Origin: an uncultured delta proteobacterium
GTDB lineage: Bacteria > Desulfobacterota > Desulfomonilia > UBA1062
Assembly: GCA_963752595.1 (NCBI GenBank)
Contig: CAVVYZ010000013.1
Coordinates: 160,001-224,000 of the forward strand
DNA length: 64,000 bases
Reading direction: 5' to 3'
Part shown: in pieces, positions 9,077 to 19,765 of the stretch
How the letters are laid out: each line of letters starts with the position of its first letter
How positions within the stretch are numbered: the stretch's first letter is position 1
The notes under the pieces: generated by a model
The model's database searches: none
Seen by the model: only the letters and a program-made list of their open reading frames with translations
What the model was told of the DNA's origin: nothing
Position numbers and translations under genes: made by a program

Positions 9077-10437
9077 CCAGAAAGGCCAATATCTTCATTC
9101 TGGACGACGAGCCGAACATCGTCGAGGTTATCCTGGCCAGATTGGAAGTCATGGGTTTCGGAGCGAGGGGATTCACCAAAGCGGCAAATGCTCTTCATGC
9201 CTTGAAGGAAGATGACTGCAGTGTCCTGCTCACCGATCTCAAGATGCCGGATATGGACGGCATGGAGGTGCTCAAACGGGCCAAGGAAATCGATCCTGAG
9301 GTTGAGGTGATCCTGTTCACCGCATACGGCTCCATTGAAGGCGCAGTCGAGGCTATGAAGCAGGGGGCTCATGACTATCTCGTCAAACCGTTTGAAGCAA
9401 TCGAGCTCATGGCCAAGATCGAGAGCGCCATCGAGAAGCGGGAGCTCAAGCAGCGCGTCCGGTATCTCGAGGAGGAAGTCGAGAGACACATCGACCATCA
9501 CATCTACGCCGAGAGTCCTTCCATGAAAAAGATCATGGCCCTTGCGAGACAGGTGGGCAAGTCGGATGCCACGGTGCTGGTCCTCGGAGAATCCGGGACG
9601 GGAAAAGAGCTTATCGCCAAGATGCTCCACATGGAAAGCTCCCGGAGGGACAGGAAGTTCGTGATCATGGACTGCGGTGCGACCCCGTCCACCCTTATAG
9701 AGGCCGAGCTGTTCGGGTACGCCAAAGGCGCATTCACAGGAGCCTTGAGAGACAAGAAGGGCATCATCGAAGAGGCGGATACCGGTACGCTTTTCCTTGA
9801 TGAGATCGGGAACATCTCGCCGGAGATGCAGACAAGGCTGCTGCGCGTCCTGGAGACGGGAGAGTTCAGGGCTGTCGGACAGGTCGACCAGAAGCAGGTG
9901 GACATCAGAGTGATCGCTGCAACGAATGCGGACCTGAGGCAGAAGGTAAAGGACGGGACATTCCGGGAGGATCTTTACTACCGGCTCAAGGTGATCACCA
10001 TCGAACTGCCTCCCTTGCGGGACAGAAAAGAGGATATCATTGGGCTTGCCCGGGTTTTTCTCACGGCGTTCTGCAACAAGAGCGGCAGGAAGATTACGGA
10101 CTTGCCCAAAGAAGTCGTCGATATGCTCATGGCACATCAGTGGCCCGGAAACATACGGGAGTTGAAGAACGTGATCGAATCGGCGGTCGTGCTGTCCGAG
10201 GATGATGTCATCACCCCTGATGTGATCCTCCTGTCCGATATGGATGAAGACGATATCGACGTGGATGAAAGTGAATTGAATCCACTGGAAGTCCAGGAAA
10301 AGGCCATGGTGGTCCAGGCCCTCAAAAAGGCGAACGGGGTCCAGAAAGACGCGGCGGACATCCTCGGCATATCCCGCAGGGTCATGCACTACAAGGTCAA
10401 GAAATTCAATATCCAGCCGGAGAAGAAGCTGGCGTAA
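9073..10437 (+). CDS. Sigma54-dependent (NtrC-family) response regulator
   Basis: Receiver (DDE, D-LKMP, KP), GESGTGKE, GAFTGA, LFLDEIG, FREDLYYRL, WPGNIREL, Fis-type HTH. Confidence 0.96.
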   Translation: MTRKANIFILDDEPNIVEVILARLEVMGFGARGFTKAANALHALKEDDCSVLLTDLKMPDMDGMEVLKRAKEIDPEVEVILFTAYGSIEGAVEAMKQGAHDYLVKPFEAIELMAKIESAIEKRELKQRVRYLEEEVERHIDHHIYAESPSMKKIMALARQVGKSDATVLVLGESGTGKELIAKMLHMESSRRDRKFVIMDCGATPSTLIEAELFGYAKGAFTGALRDKKGIIEEADTGTLFLDEIGNISPEMQTRLLRVLETGEFRAVGQVDQKQVDIRVIAATNADLRQKVKDGTFREDLYYRLKVITIELPPLRDRKEDIIGLARVFLTAFCNKSGRKITDLPKEVVDMLMAHQWPGNIRELKNVIESAVVLSEDDVITPDVILLSDMDEDDIDVDESELNPLEVQEKAMVVQALKKANGVQKDAADILGISRRVMHYKVKKFNIQPEKKLA

Positions 10438-10440
10438 GGG

Positions 10441-11790
10441 CTACTCTTCCTTCTTATCCATTTTCCGGTACAGGGTCCGCGTGGAGATCCCCAGGAGTTT
10501 CGACGCGAGCCCCTTATCGCCCTTCGTATGCTTCAGCGTCTCCTCCATCAGGATCCTCTCGACTTCTTCCAGCGGGGTTCCCAGAGGAATGGTTACCGAG
10601 TCCAGAGACCTCACGCTCGAAGACGTTATCTCTCTCGGGAGGTCGTCCAGACCCAGGATGCCGTCCCTGTCGAGCACCACGCACCGCTCCACGATGTTTT
10701 CCAGCTCTCTTACATTCCCCGGCCAGTCATAGTTGAGAAGGTTCTCCATTGCGGTCGATTGTATGCCGTGGACGAGTTTGGCATTTTTCTTTGAAAACCG
10801 GTTGATGAAATGCTGCACGAGGTTTGGGATATCCTCTCTCCGGTCCTTGAGCGGCGGCAGCTGAATGGATATGACGTTGAGCCTCCAGTACAGGTCTTCG
10901 CGGAAAAGGCCCTGTTTTATCATGGAGGAGAGGTTCTTATTGGTCGCTGCAATTATCCTCGTATCCGTTTGGACGGTCTTGTTGCTGCCCAGGCGTTCGA
11001 AGGCTCCTTCCTGGAGGATCCTCAGGAGCTTCACCTGTACGGCCTGAGGCATTTCCCCGATCTCGTCGAGAAAGATGCTGGATTTGTCAGCAACCTCGAA
11101 CCTGCCTTCCTTCCTGCCCGCAGCACCGGTAAAGGCGCCTTTCTCATAGCCGAACAGCTCCGATTCGATGAGCGTCTCGGGAATGGCCGCGCAGTTGACC
11201 TTCACCATGGGTCTCGCTGCCCTGGGTGAGAGCTGGTGGATCATGTCCGCGATAACCTCTTTGCCCGTGCCCGATTCTCCCAGGATAAGCGCGGTTGCCT
11301 GGCTCGGCGCAACCTGGCGCACAAGGTCCACGATATTCTTCATCCTGGGGCTCGACGTCTCTATGAGCGGGCCTGTCTCGAAGGCCTCGATCCGCTCTTT
11401 CATCTTGATGTTGTCCATGGTCAGGATCTGCTTCTCGATTGCCTTGTTGACCGCACGCAAGATGTCGGCCTTCTTGAACGGCTTCGTAATGTAATCGTAC
11501 GCCCCCTGTTTCATGGAATCCACCGCGGTATCAACGGATGCATACCCGGTGATCATGATGACCTCGGTGAACGGGGAGACCGATTTGCATACCTTGAGCA
11601 GTTCCATGCCGTCCATGCCGGCCATCCTGATGTCGGTAATCAGGAGGTTGATATATCCTTGCCGGATGATTTTGAAGGCATCTTCGCCGTTGGATGCTGT
11701 TTCCACGGCCATCCCTTCCTTCTCCAGAATCTTCTGCAGCGATTCACGGATGCCTACTTCATCATCTACGACGAGTACTTTTTTATTCAT
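10441..11790 (-). CDS. Sigma54-dependent (NtrC-family) response regulator
   Basis: Receiver, GESGTGKE, ESELFG.EKGAFTGA, FLDEIG, WPGNVREL, HTH LGISTRTLYRK. Confidence 0.96.
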   Translation of the reverse strand: MNKKVLVVDDEVGIRESLQKILEKEGMAVETASNGEDAFKIIRQGYINLLITDIRMAGMDGMELLKVCKSVSPFTEVIMITGYASVDTAVDSMKQGAYDYITKPFKKADILRAVNKAIEKQILTMDNIKMKERIEAFETGPLIETSSPRMKNIVDLVRQVAPSQATALILGESGTGKEVIADMIHQLSPRAARPMVKVNCAAIPETLIESELFGYEKGAFTGAAGRKEGRFEVADKSSIFLDEIGEMPQAVQVKLLRILQEGAFERLGSNKTVQTDTRIIAATNKNLSSMIKQGLFREDLYWRLNVISIQLPPLKDRREDIPNLVQHFINRFSKKNAKLVHGIQSTAMENLLNYDWPGNVRELENIVERCVVLDRDGILGLDDLPREITSSSVRSLDSVTIPLGTPLEEVERILMEETLKHTKGDKGLASKLLGISTRTLYRKMDKKEE

Positions 11791-12842
11791 GGCACGAAGG
11801 GATCCTTTTTCATCCGGGTATATGTTTCCTTCTGCTTCTTTTCGCCTACGGCGATACTTTCGAATACCGCCCTGCCCTTGCCGTTGCTTGCATAAACAAT
11901 ATAGGATCCGGGAGCGACATCGTCGAAGACATACCGGCCTTTCTTGTCAGGGTGAGCCGAGTAACGCACCGAGGAGGCCTTCAGGTCGTCGAGGGATTTC
12001 TTGAGGAAACTGTTCGTTTTTGCCTGCCGTGCCGTGTACTCTTTGACGGCAGAGGAATATGCCCCTTTTTTCGCTATTGCATCCGCTTCCGCCTGTTCGA
12101 CTGCAGTCTGCATAGGTCTCAACAGTCCGGAAAAGGCTTCGCTGAAGGTCAGCGGCTTCATCTGGCCTTTATAGCCCTTCTGATAAGAGAAGTGCATATC
12201 TACGACATTGATGCTGAACGCTCTGCCGAAGGCCGACCGGATCTTATTGAGTTCTTCCGGGGGAATCTCGCCGATGAAAAAGGAAAATTTTTCCGGATCA
12301 TGCCCGAGGTTTGTCATGGTCTCATGGGGGCCGAGACCTGACTTGAGTGTCTGGGGATCAAGAAATTCGAGTACGAGCGAGGTCGTTGTCGGGAGCCCCT
12401 TCCCATCGATGATGGGCTTATAGGTGATATCCGTGATGGTCTTATCGGTGTTGTTTTTCGCGGTAAAGAAGTAGGTCACATCACCGAGTGCGGATGTTGA
12501 GGGGTTTATGGCTGCCTGGCTGGAATGGATGGTAATTTCCAGCATTGAAAGATAGTTCTTGCGAATCTCGGCAACCTTTCCGGAATATGCCTGCTTTTTT
12601 TCATTGATGAGTGTTTCTGCTTTTCTCGCCTGATCCTCGAGGATATCCATCTGATACTCGGCGCGCAGTTTGCGGAACTCTACATCGGACTGGCCCCTGA
12701 AATGCTTCAGGACTGCAGTCGTACCACCCGAAAGGAGACAAGCTTCCGTCACTTCCGGCGGCAGGATGCATTGCAGGCGGGCTGCGTACGTGGTTGCCGG
12801 GAGTACAAGAATCAATAGTGCAATGAGGGAAAGCTTTTTCAT
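11787..12842 (-). CDS. Secreted hypothetical protein; C-terminal carboxypeptidase-regulatory-like beta-sandwich
   Basis: Signal peptide MKKLSLIALLILVLPATTYA; C-terminal D.KGRYVFDDVAPGSYIV; ATGA overlaps with both neighbours. Confidence 0.7.
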   Translation of the reverse strand: MKKLSLIALLILVLPATTYAARLQCILPPEVTEACLLSGGTTAVLKHFRGQSDVEFRKLRAEYQMDILEDQARKAETLINEKKQAYSGKVAEIRKNYLSMLEITIHSSQAAINPSTSALGDVTYFFTAKNNTDKTITDITYKPIIDGKGLPTTTSLVLEFLDPQTLKSGLGPHETMTNLGHDPEKFSFFIGEIPPEELNKIRSAFGRAFSINVVDMHFSYQKGYKGQMKPLTFSEAFSGLLRPMQTAVEQAEADAIAKKGAYSSAVKEYTARQAKTNSFLKKSLDDLKASSVRYSAHPDKKGRYVFDDVAPGSYIVYASNGKGRAVFESIAVGEKKQKETYTRMKKDPFVP

Positions 12843-13799
12843 TGTGCGAGTACCTCTTCCTTGGAATATCCTTCCACGGGAATGGGTATGGAGAAGATGA
12901 AGGTAGACCCCGTACCTTTCTGGCTCTCCACGTCTACCCATCCGTCATGTGCGCCGGCTATGTATTGGACAAGCGCCAGGCCCAGACCGGTCCCATTGTC
13001 CTTTGTAGTGAAATACGGGTCAAATATTCTCCTCGTGAGCTCCTGGGGGATACCATACCCTGTATCCTTGACCAGCAGCAAAAAGTTATCCTTAATTCCC
13101 ATGAGGGCTACTTCCAGACTCCCTCCCGAGGGCATTGCATCTTCAGCATTCTTGATCAAATTTATCAGAAGCTGCTTGAATTGTCCACGATCTATCATGA
13201 TCTTCGGCAGCTTTTCCGAGCACTTGACCTCAACCTCGATATTCCTTCTTTTCAGTTCGGGCATCAACATGGATACGACCGAATTCGCTTCTGCCGCGGG
13301 GTCTACGAGCTGCTTTTTGGGAAGGGGCAGTCTCGCATAGGAAAGGTATTCCTCCGTAATCTGGGAGAGCCTGTCGATCTCGTTGCGGATAACGCTGATG
13401 AGCTCCTGGGCTTCCTTGTTGTCCCCGTGCTCCTTGATCTCGTCTTCCAGGAGCTCGGAGTGCAGGAGTACCGACGTGAGAGGGTTGCGGATCTCGTGGG
13501 CCACATGGGCGGACATCTGCCCCACAGCGGCGAGTTTTTCCGCCTGGATGAGCTTTTCCGTCAGGGCTTTCTTGTCCGTAATATCAACGGCATACTGCAC
13601 CACATTGTCGACCTCACCCTTGTTGTCAAAGAGGGGGATAGCGCTGATGTCAAAGAAGTAGGGCTTGCCGTGGATATCCACCCTCGTGTCCCTCTCGGTG
13701 ACGATCTGCCCTGTCTTGAAGCAGCTTTCCACAATGCTCGAGTGGCACATGCGCTCGCTTTCAGGAAAGTCCAGCGAGCATCGGAATGAATCGGCGCAG
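12839..13799 (-). CDS. PAS-domain sensor histidine kinase, 5' truncated
   Basis: AHEIRNPL, NLIKNA, DTGYG, FDPYFTTK, GTGLGL, preceded by a partial PAS/PAC. The frame runs upstream (…CADSFRCSLDF…) only to ~13,800, with no start context. Confidence 0.9.
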
Positions 13800-13800
13800 G

Positions 13801-13882
13801 ATCAGGGCGGACAACAGCATCTATCTGGACCGGATCCGAGCCCTCCCATGTGATCCTGCCGATCATCCCGAAGGCGAGGTGA
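13801..13882 (+). other. 3' end only of a probable CocE/NonD-family hydrolase gene
   Basis: Removing one base gives IRADNSIYLDRIRPSHVILPIIPKAR*, matching the typical CocE/NonD C-terminus A.N.I..D...PS...LP.IP. The rest of the gene is absent. Confidence 0.6.
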
Positions 13883-14001
13883 GACCTGCGGACAGGACCC
13901 CGGAACGAGCCGCGGACCCGGGCGACGCGGAGTGGTTGCCGGATCCTGTCGCCGCTTAGATTAGCTCTTCTCCACCCGATCGCCGGAGAAGGACCGGGTG
14001 G

Positions 14002-15635
14002 TTACCCTTTCTCATACACCACCTCACCCCCGATGATGGTCTTTAAAACCTCAATATCCCGGATATGAAGGGATCGATCGTCAGCGGGTTGTCGGACAGA
14101 ACGACCATGTCCGCCAATTTGCCGGGTTCGATCGACCCCTTGATCGCCTCTTCGAAGGAGGCGTAGGCGCCGTTGATCGTATAGGCCCGCAGGGCTTCCA
14201 AAGGGGTCAATCGCTCATCGGGACCGATATCGGCACCGCTGCGCGTCTTTCTGTTTACGGCGCACCAGATCCCCCATAGCGGATTGGCCGGCCACACGGG
14301 ATCATCGGGCATGCAAACCGGGCAGTCCGAATGGGCGCAGGCGACAATGCCCATCCGCATCGCCGTCGCGACCGGGACCATTTTGCCGGCGCGTTCCGGG
14401 CCGATGAAATTCTCGATATGCTGGTCGCCCCAGAACCAGGGATGAAAAAGGTAAAAATTGGCAATAATCCCGAGTTTCTTCATTCGATTCAGGTCTTCGG
14501 TCGTCGGGCACAGGGCATGTTCGATCCGGTGTCTGGGATCGGGTCGGGGATATTTTCTCATGGCCCGTTCGATCGCATTCACCGCCACCGTAATGCCGTA
14601 ATCTCCCTGAGCGTGAATCGCAACCTGATACCCCAGCCGATGCGCATCCGTCACGATCTCGTCGAGGCGCTCCTGAGAATAGCGCAACCCCTCCCGACCC
14701 CGTCGTATTGCTTGTGACATACGGCTCACGGAATGCGCAGGTGTAACACTGAATCGAACCATCTATGTAGAGCTTTACCGGACCCAGCCGCAGCTGGTCG
14801 TTACCGAAACCGGTCCTCAGCCCCAGATCGCGTTGCCGATAGAAGTTTTCGCGGATCATCAGGTAGGTTCTTGTTTTGAGCGTGCCCTCCGCCACCGCTT
14901 CCTGATAGGCCCGGTAGGGCTCCGGCCGGTCGGTTGCGCCCGCATCGCCGGTTGAGGTTACACCGGTCTTGATGTACGCCTCGCTGATTTGAACCAGGGC
15001 ATCCTTGATTTCCTGCAGCGTTGCCGCAGGGGGAACCGTCCGGATGGAGAGCACGTCGCGGAGAACCCCCGTAGGCTCACCTGTCACCGGATCCCTCTCG
15101 ATAACCCCACCTTCCGGATCGGGTGTGTCCCGGTGATGCCGGCCAACTGGAGAGCTTTGCCGTTGACAACGCAGGCGTGACCGCCCCGAATGGAGATCAT
15201 CAATGGATGGTCCGGAGCGATGGCATCCAGCTCCTCCCGGGTGGGCCACCGCTCTCCCGAAGTCCCTCGGGATCAAAATATTTTCCGCCGATCCATTTCC
15301 CCGGGGGGGTCTCCCTCACTTTCGCGCGGATCTTTTGCAGGAATCCGGAATCGTTGGATTGAGCTCCGCGGCCAAATTCAGCAGTTTGAAGCTGTATCGG
15401 AATTCCGCCAGATGGGCATTGTGGGTGTGGGAATCGATGAATCCGGGGACCACCGTCAAACCCTGAAGGTCGATCACCCGCGTGGCAGCCCCGATGAGGG
15501 GCCGCATCTCGTGTCGGTGCCCACCCGGACGATTTTCCCGTCGCGTACGGCAACCCCTTCGGCGAAAGGGGCCTGGGCTGCCACCGTGATGACGTTTCCG
15601 TTGGTGAGGACCAGATCGGCAAAAAGTCCCTTCAT
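14002..15635 (-). CDS. Amidohydrolase_3 (YtcJ-like) metal-dependent hydrolase, multiple frameshifts
   Basis: Pieces: ADLVLTNGNVIT..AVRDGKI, PGFIDSHTH, GEPTGVL, KLYIDGS, AIHAQGD, RIEHA, HSDCP, YTINGAYASFEE..KGSIEPGKLADMVVL, KTIIGGEVVYE*. Confidence 0.88.
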
Positions 15636-15732
15636 GTTCGCGCCTTCTCTCCGGGGAAACGGTTTCGAAAGCAATCCTTTGGGCCGGGTCGCCCCTGCCC
15701 GCCAGCCTCTCCAAAAAAAGGCGGGATGCCCG

Positions 15733-16717
15733 TCACGCCGTTCCGCAGCCCGCTTGCTGATTGCAATGGAAGCAGGCGACAAAATGATCTTGCCCGACCT
15801 TGACGAGGTCGGGATTTCCCGGATGCAGATATCCATCCTGACGGGGCAGCGCGAATAGAACCGGCAGCCCGGCAGCGGATCGATCGGGCTCGTCGCCTCG
15901 CCGATGAGTGAAAACGGCGGCTTGTTCTGTTCGATTTCGGGTCCGGCAACGGGATCGCCGACAGCAGACTGCCCGTATAGGGGTGCCGATGAAGTCTTGT
16001 AGAGCACTTCGGACGGTGCGATCTCGACGATCTTCCCCAGATACAACACCGCGATCCGGTCGCTGATAAACTCGACCGCACTGAGATCGTGTGCGATAAA
16101 CGAGCATCGTCAAATGGAACTCCTCCTGCAGCTCCTTGAACAAATTCAGGACCTGCGACTGGATCGATACATCGAGCGCCGAAACCGGTTCATCCGCGAC
16201 GATGAACTCCGGATCGACGATCAACGCCCTCGCGATGCCGATCCGCTGCAATTGCCCTCCCGGAGAATTCGTGCGGATAACGGTTCATGTCCGAGGCCCG
16301 CATCCCCACCCGTTCCAGAAGGTTCATGATGCGCTCCTCCCTCCTTCCCGCATATAAACCTTGCACGTTCATCGGAAAGGTGAGGATCTGTCCAATGGTC
16401 ATCCTGGGGTTCAACGAGGCATACGGGTCTTGAAAAACGATCTGCATTCTCCGGCGCATTCCTGCGCATTTCATGCTTGGGCAACTCATGCAAATTCATC
16501 CCGTCAAACTCGATCTCCCCCGAGGTGACGGGCATCAGATTCAAGATCAATCGACCGATGGTCGTCTTGCCGCAGCCGGACTCCCCACCAGACCCAACAC
16601 CTCCCCTTTCCGGATCTGGAAATCGACCCCGTCCACCGCCTTCAACACCCTTCCCCGTGAAAGGGGGAAATACTTGCAAAGCCTCCTGACTTCGACCAAC
16701 CCTCCGGTCCCATTCAT
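15733..16717 (-). CDS. Oligopeptide/dipeptide ABC ATP-binding subunit (OppF/DppF-like), frameshifted
   Basis: [41 protein letters not shown]...[24 protein letters not shown], spread over several frames. Confidence 0.88.
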
Positions 16718-17725
16718 CGCCTGTCCCCATTGATCGGATAATGGCACCTTACCTCATGCCTGTCGCTCAGGTGCTCCAGTTCCGGCGGTTCCCGGCGGCA
16801 CCTCTCGGACGAATAGGTACATCGCGGTTCGAACGCACAGCCCGGGGGTAAATGATTCAACTGAGGAGGTTGCCCGCCGATCGAATCCAGACGATTCCTT
16901 TTTGCGCCCAAACGGGGCAGGGAGCGCAACAATGCCTCGCGTGTAGGGGTGTGCGGGCCGGCCGAACAGCGTATGGACATCCGTGTACTCCACGACCCGC
17001 CCCGCATACATGACGGCCACCCGCTCACACATCTTCGCGACTACGCCCATGTCATGGGTGATCAATAAAACGGCCGTCTGGCGCTCCCGGCAAAGCTCCT
17101 TGATCAACTTCAGAACCTGGGCCTGGACCGTCACATCGAGCGCCGTCGTCGGTTCATCGGCAATCAGCAGCGCGGGCTCACAGGCCAGTGCCATCCCGAT
17201 CATCGCCCGCTGGCGCATCCCGCCGCTCATCTCATGCGGATAGTTCTTAACCCGTTCCTCCGGTGACGGGATCTCCGTCGACTTCAGAACCTGAATCGAC
17301 GCGGCCCAGCTCTTCACACGATCCAAATGTTTATGAAACCGGAAAACCTCCGAGATCTGATATCCGATCCGCAATACCGGATTAAGGCAGGTCAGCGGAT
17401 CCTGAAAGATCATCGAAATCATCTTCCCGCGAATTTTTCGAATCTCATGATCGCTGAGGCTTCTCAAATCGTTTCCCATAAACTCGATTTTCCCGTCGAC
17501 GATCCGTCCCGGGGGAGAGGCCACCAAACGGAGGATGGACAATGCCGATACACTCTTTCCGGAACCCGACTCCCCGACGACGCCCAAGACTTCCCCTCTG
17601 TTGATCTCAAAATCCACCCCGTCGACGGCTTTGACGACCCCTTCGCTCGTAAAAAAATAGGTCTTCAACCCCGAAATCTTCAGAATCGCTTGTCCGTTCC
17701 CGCTCCGTTCCATTGATTCGGTCAC
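16714..17725 (-). CDS. Oligopeptide/dipeptide ABC ATP-binding subunit (OppD/DppD-like), frameshift near 16945
   Basis: GESGSGKS, MIFQDP, YPHEMSGGMRQR, ADEPTTALDVTVQ, HPYT, GCAFEPRC. Confidence 0.92.
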
Positions 17726-18625
17726 CTTTGAGAAAGTCTCGGATCCAACGCATCCCTCAATGCATCGCCTAAGAAATTGAAGGCCAAAACGGCAAACACG
17801 ATCGCAAGGCCGGGGAAAACGGTCAACCAGGGTGCAAGTTCCATGAACTCGCGGCTCTCATTGAGCATCCCTCCCCAGGAAGGCCTGGGCGGCTGTGTCC
17901 CCAAACCCAGAAAACTCAACCCGGCCTCTATCATCAGCGCATGGGAAAGATTGAATGTAGCCTGAACAATGATCGGTGATAAAACATTGGGCAGGATGAA
18001 TTTCAGCATGATCGTGATATCGCTTGCGCCGACCGAACGGACCCCCTCAATAAAATCCTTTTCCTTGATGGAAAGGACGGAACCACGCACGATTCGTCCG
18101 ATCCGGGAACTGTAGATCACCCCGATAATCAACAGCAGGTTGAAAAGACTCGGGCCAAATGCGGCGACGGCGGCCAGGGCCAGCAGGATGGTGGGGAAGG
18201 CAAAAAGGACATCCAGCAGCCGCATGATGACGCTGTCAATTCGTCCCCCGAAGTAACCCGAGATGAGGCCGATGAAGATGCCGAAAATCGTTGCAATGGC
18301 GACGGCTCCGAAACAGACGATCATCGAGACCTGTGACCCCACGATCACGCGGCTCAGCTGATCCCTTCCAAAACGATCCGTACCCATGAGATGGTTGAAG
18401 GACGGGCTTTGGAATGAATCGGCATAGATCATCTTCAGCGGGTCATAGGGTGAAAAGTAGTGGCCAAACAGGGCCGTGGCAGAGCAGTAAGATCACCATG
18501 ACCGTACCGATCATCCCGATCTTGTCGCGTTTAAATCTCCTCCACCCCAGTTTGGCAGGGGAGAGGATCTCTCCCTCCTGCCCGGCAGACTCAACCGTAT
18601 GCTTATTTCTCAGGCTTGCCTCCAT
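17722..18625 (-). CDS. Peptide ABC permease (DppC/OppC-like), frameshifted near 18430-18490
   Basis: WRRFKRDK..MIG, HLMGTDRFGRD, EAA-like loop (FIEGVRSVGAS), EAGLSFLGLG..PP.PSWG, FNFLGDALRDALDPR. Confidence 0.9.
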
Positions 18626-18737
18626 GGTTTCCTCGATCCCAGAGTGGAAGGGACAACATCCATTCATCCCCTTTCTATTTCGGTAATACCCGCGGCACTT
18701 CCTTCTCCCTTCGGGGGGCCCTCTTTTTCGGTAAGAA

Positions 18738-19686
18738 TCAGTACCGGATCCTTGGATCCAGGAAGCTGTAGATGATATCGACGACAAGATTCGCCAGGAC
18801 AAAAGCGACCGCTAGAAAGAGAATGCCTCCCGTGACGGTCACCAAATCCCTTTGTTGGATCGCCATCAGCAGCATGGTTCCCAATCCCGGAATGACAAAA
18901 ACCTGCTCCGTAAGGACGAACCCGCCGATCATCACCCCGACCTGAAAACCGAGAATGGTCACGACGGGGATCAGGGAATTCTTCAATACATGGACGAAGA
19001 TGACGACTTTTTCCGTCGCGCCTTTGGCACGTGCCGTTCGCACGTAATCCTGACGCAAGGTGTCGAGCGCCGTCGATCGGCTCATCCGCGCAATCAGGGC
19101 CATGGTGCTCAGCGCCAGCACAAAGCCGGGGATCAGCATACATTTGATATTGGCGAGCGGATTTTCAGAAAACGGAACATAGGTCAAGACAGGCAGCCAT
19201 TTGAAGTAGAGCGACCCCAGCAGGACGGCAATCGTGGCTGCCCAGAAGTTGGGCACGGAATAGCCCAGCGTGGTCAGAAAACGGACGATGTGATCAAACA
19301 GGGAATACTGCTTGTAGGCGGACAGGATTCCTACGGGGATCCCGATCACGAGGACAAAGAACATCGCAACCGAAATCATTTCAAGATTCACCGGGAGTCG
19401 GCTCAGGATCTCTTCCGTCACCTTATGGCCTGAGACGAACGACACCCCCAGGTCGCCCTGAACCGCCTTCCACAACCATAAGCCATATTGGACATAGAAG
19501 GGCTTGTCCAGATTGAAACTCTTCCGAATCTCCTCTTGCGCCTTGGGATCGCCGAAGGCCTGATCTCCCATCATGATATCGACGACGTCACCAGGGACAA
19601 TCCAGAACAGGGAGAAGACAATGAACGAAACGCCCAGCAATACCGGGATCAAGGTGAGTATTCGATAGGCAGATGTATTTCAACAT
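18738..19686 (-). CDS. Peptide ABC permease (DppB/OppB-like), frameshift near the start
   Basis: PGD, LDKP..VQY, GDLGVS, DYVRTARAKG, HVLKNSLIP, EQVF..PGLG, NLVVDIIY..LDPRIR. ATG at 19686 (MLKYI). Confidence 0.92.
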
Positions 19687-19719
19687 GGTTCCAAACCCCG
19701 TTCAACCCCAAAGGGAAGG

Positions 19720-19756
19720 TGCCCGGCCATCCCGGGTTCATAAAGATGGCCGGACA
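19720..19756 (-). terminator. Intercistronic stem-loop after the substrate-binding-protein gene
   Basis: Perfect 9-bp inverted repeat CCGGCCATC (19723-31) / GATGGCCGG (19745-53) with no U-tract; typical of elements that stabilise SBP mRNA. Confidence 0.55.
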
Positions 19757-19765
19757 TCCCGTCGA

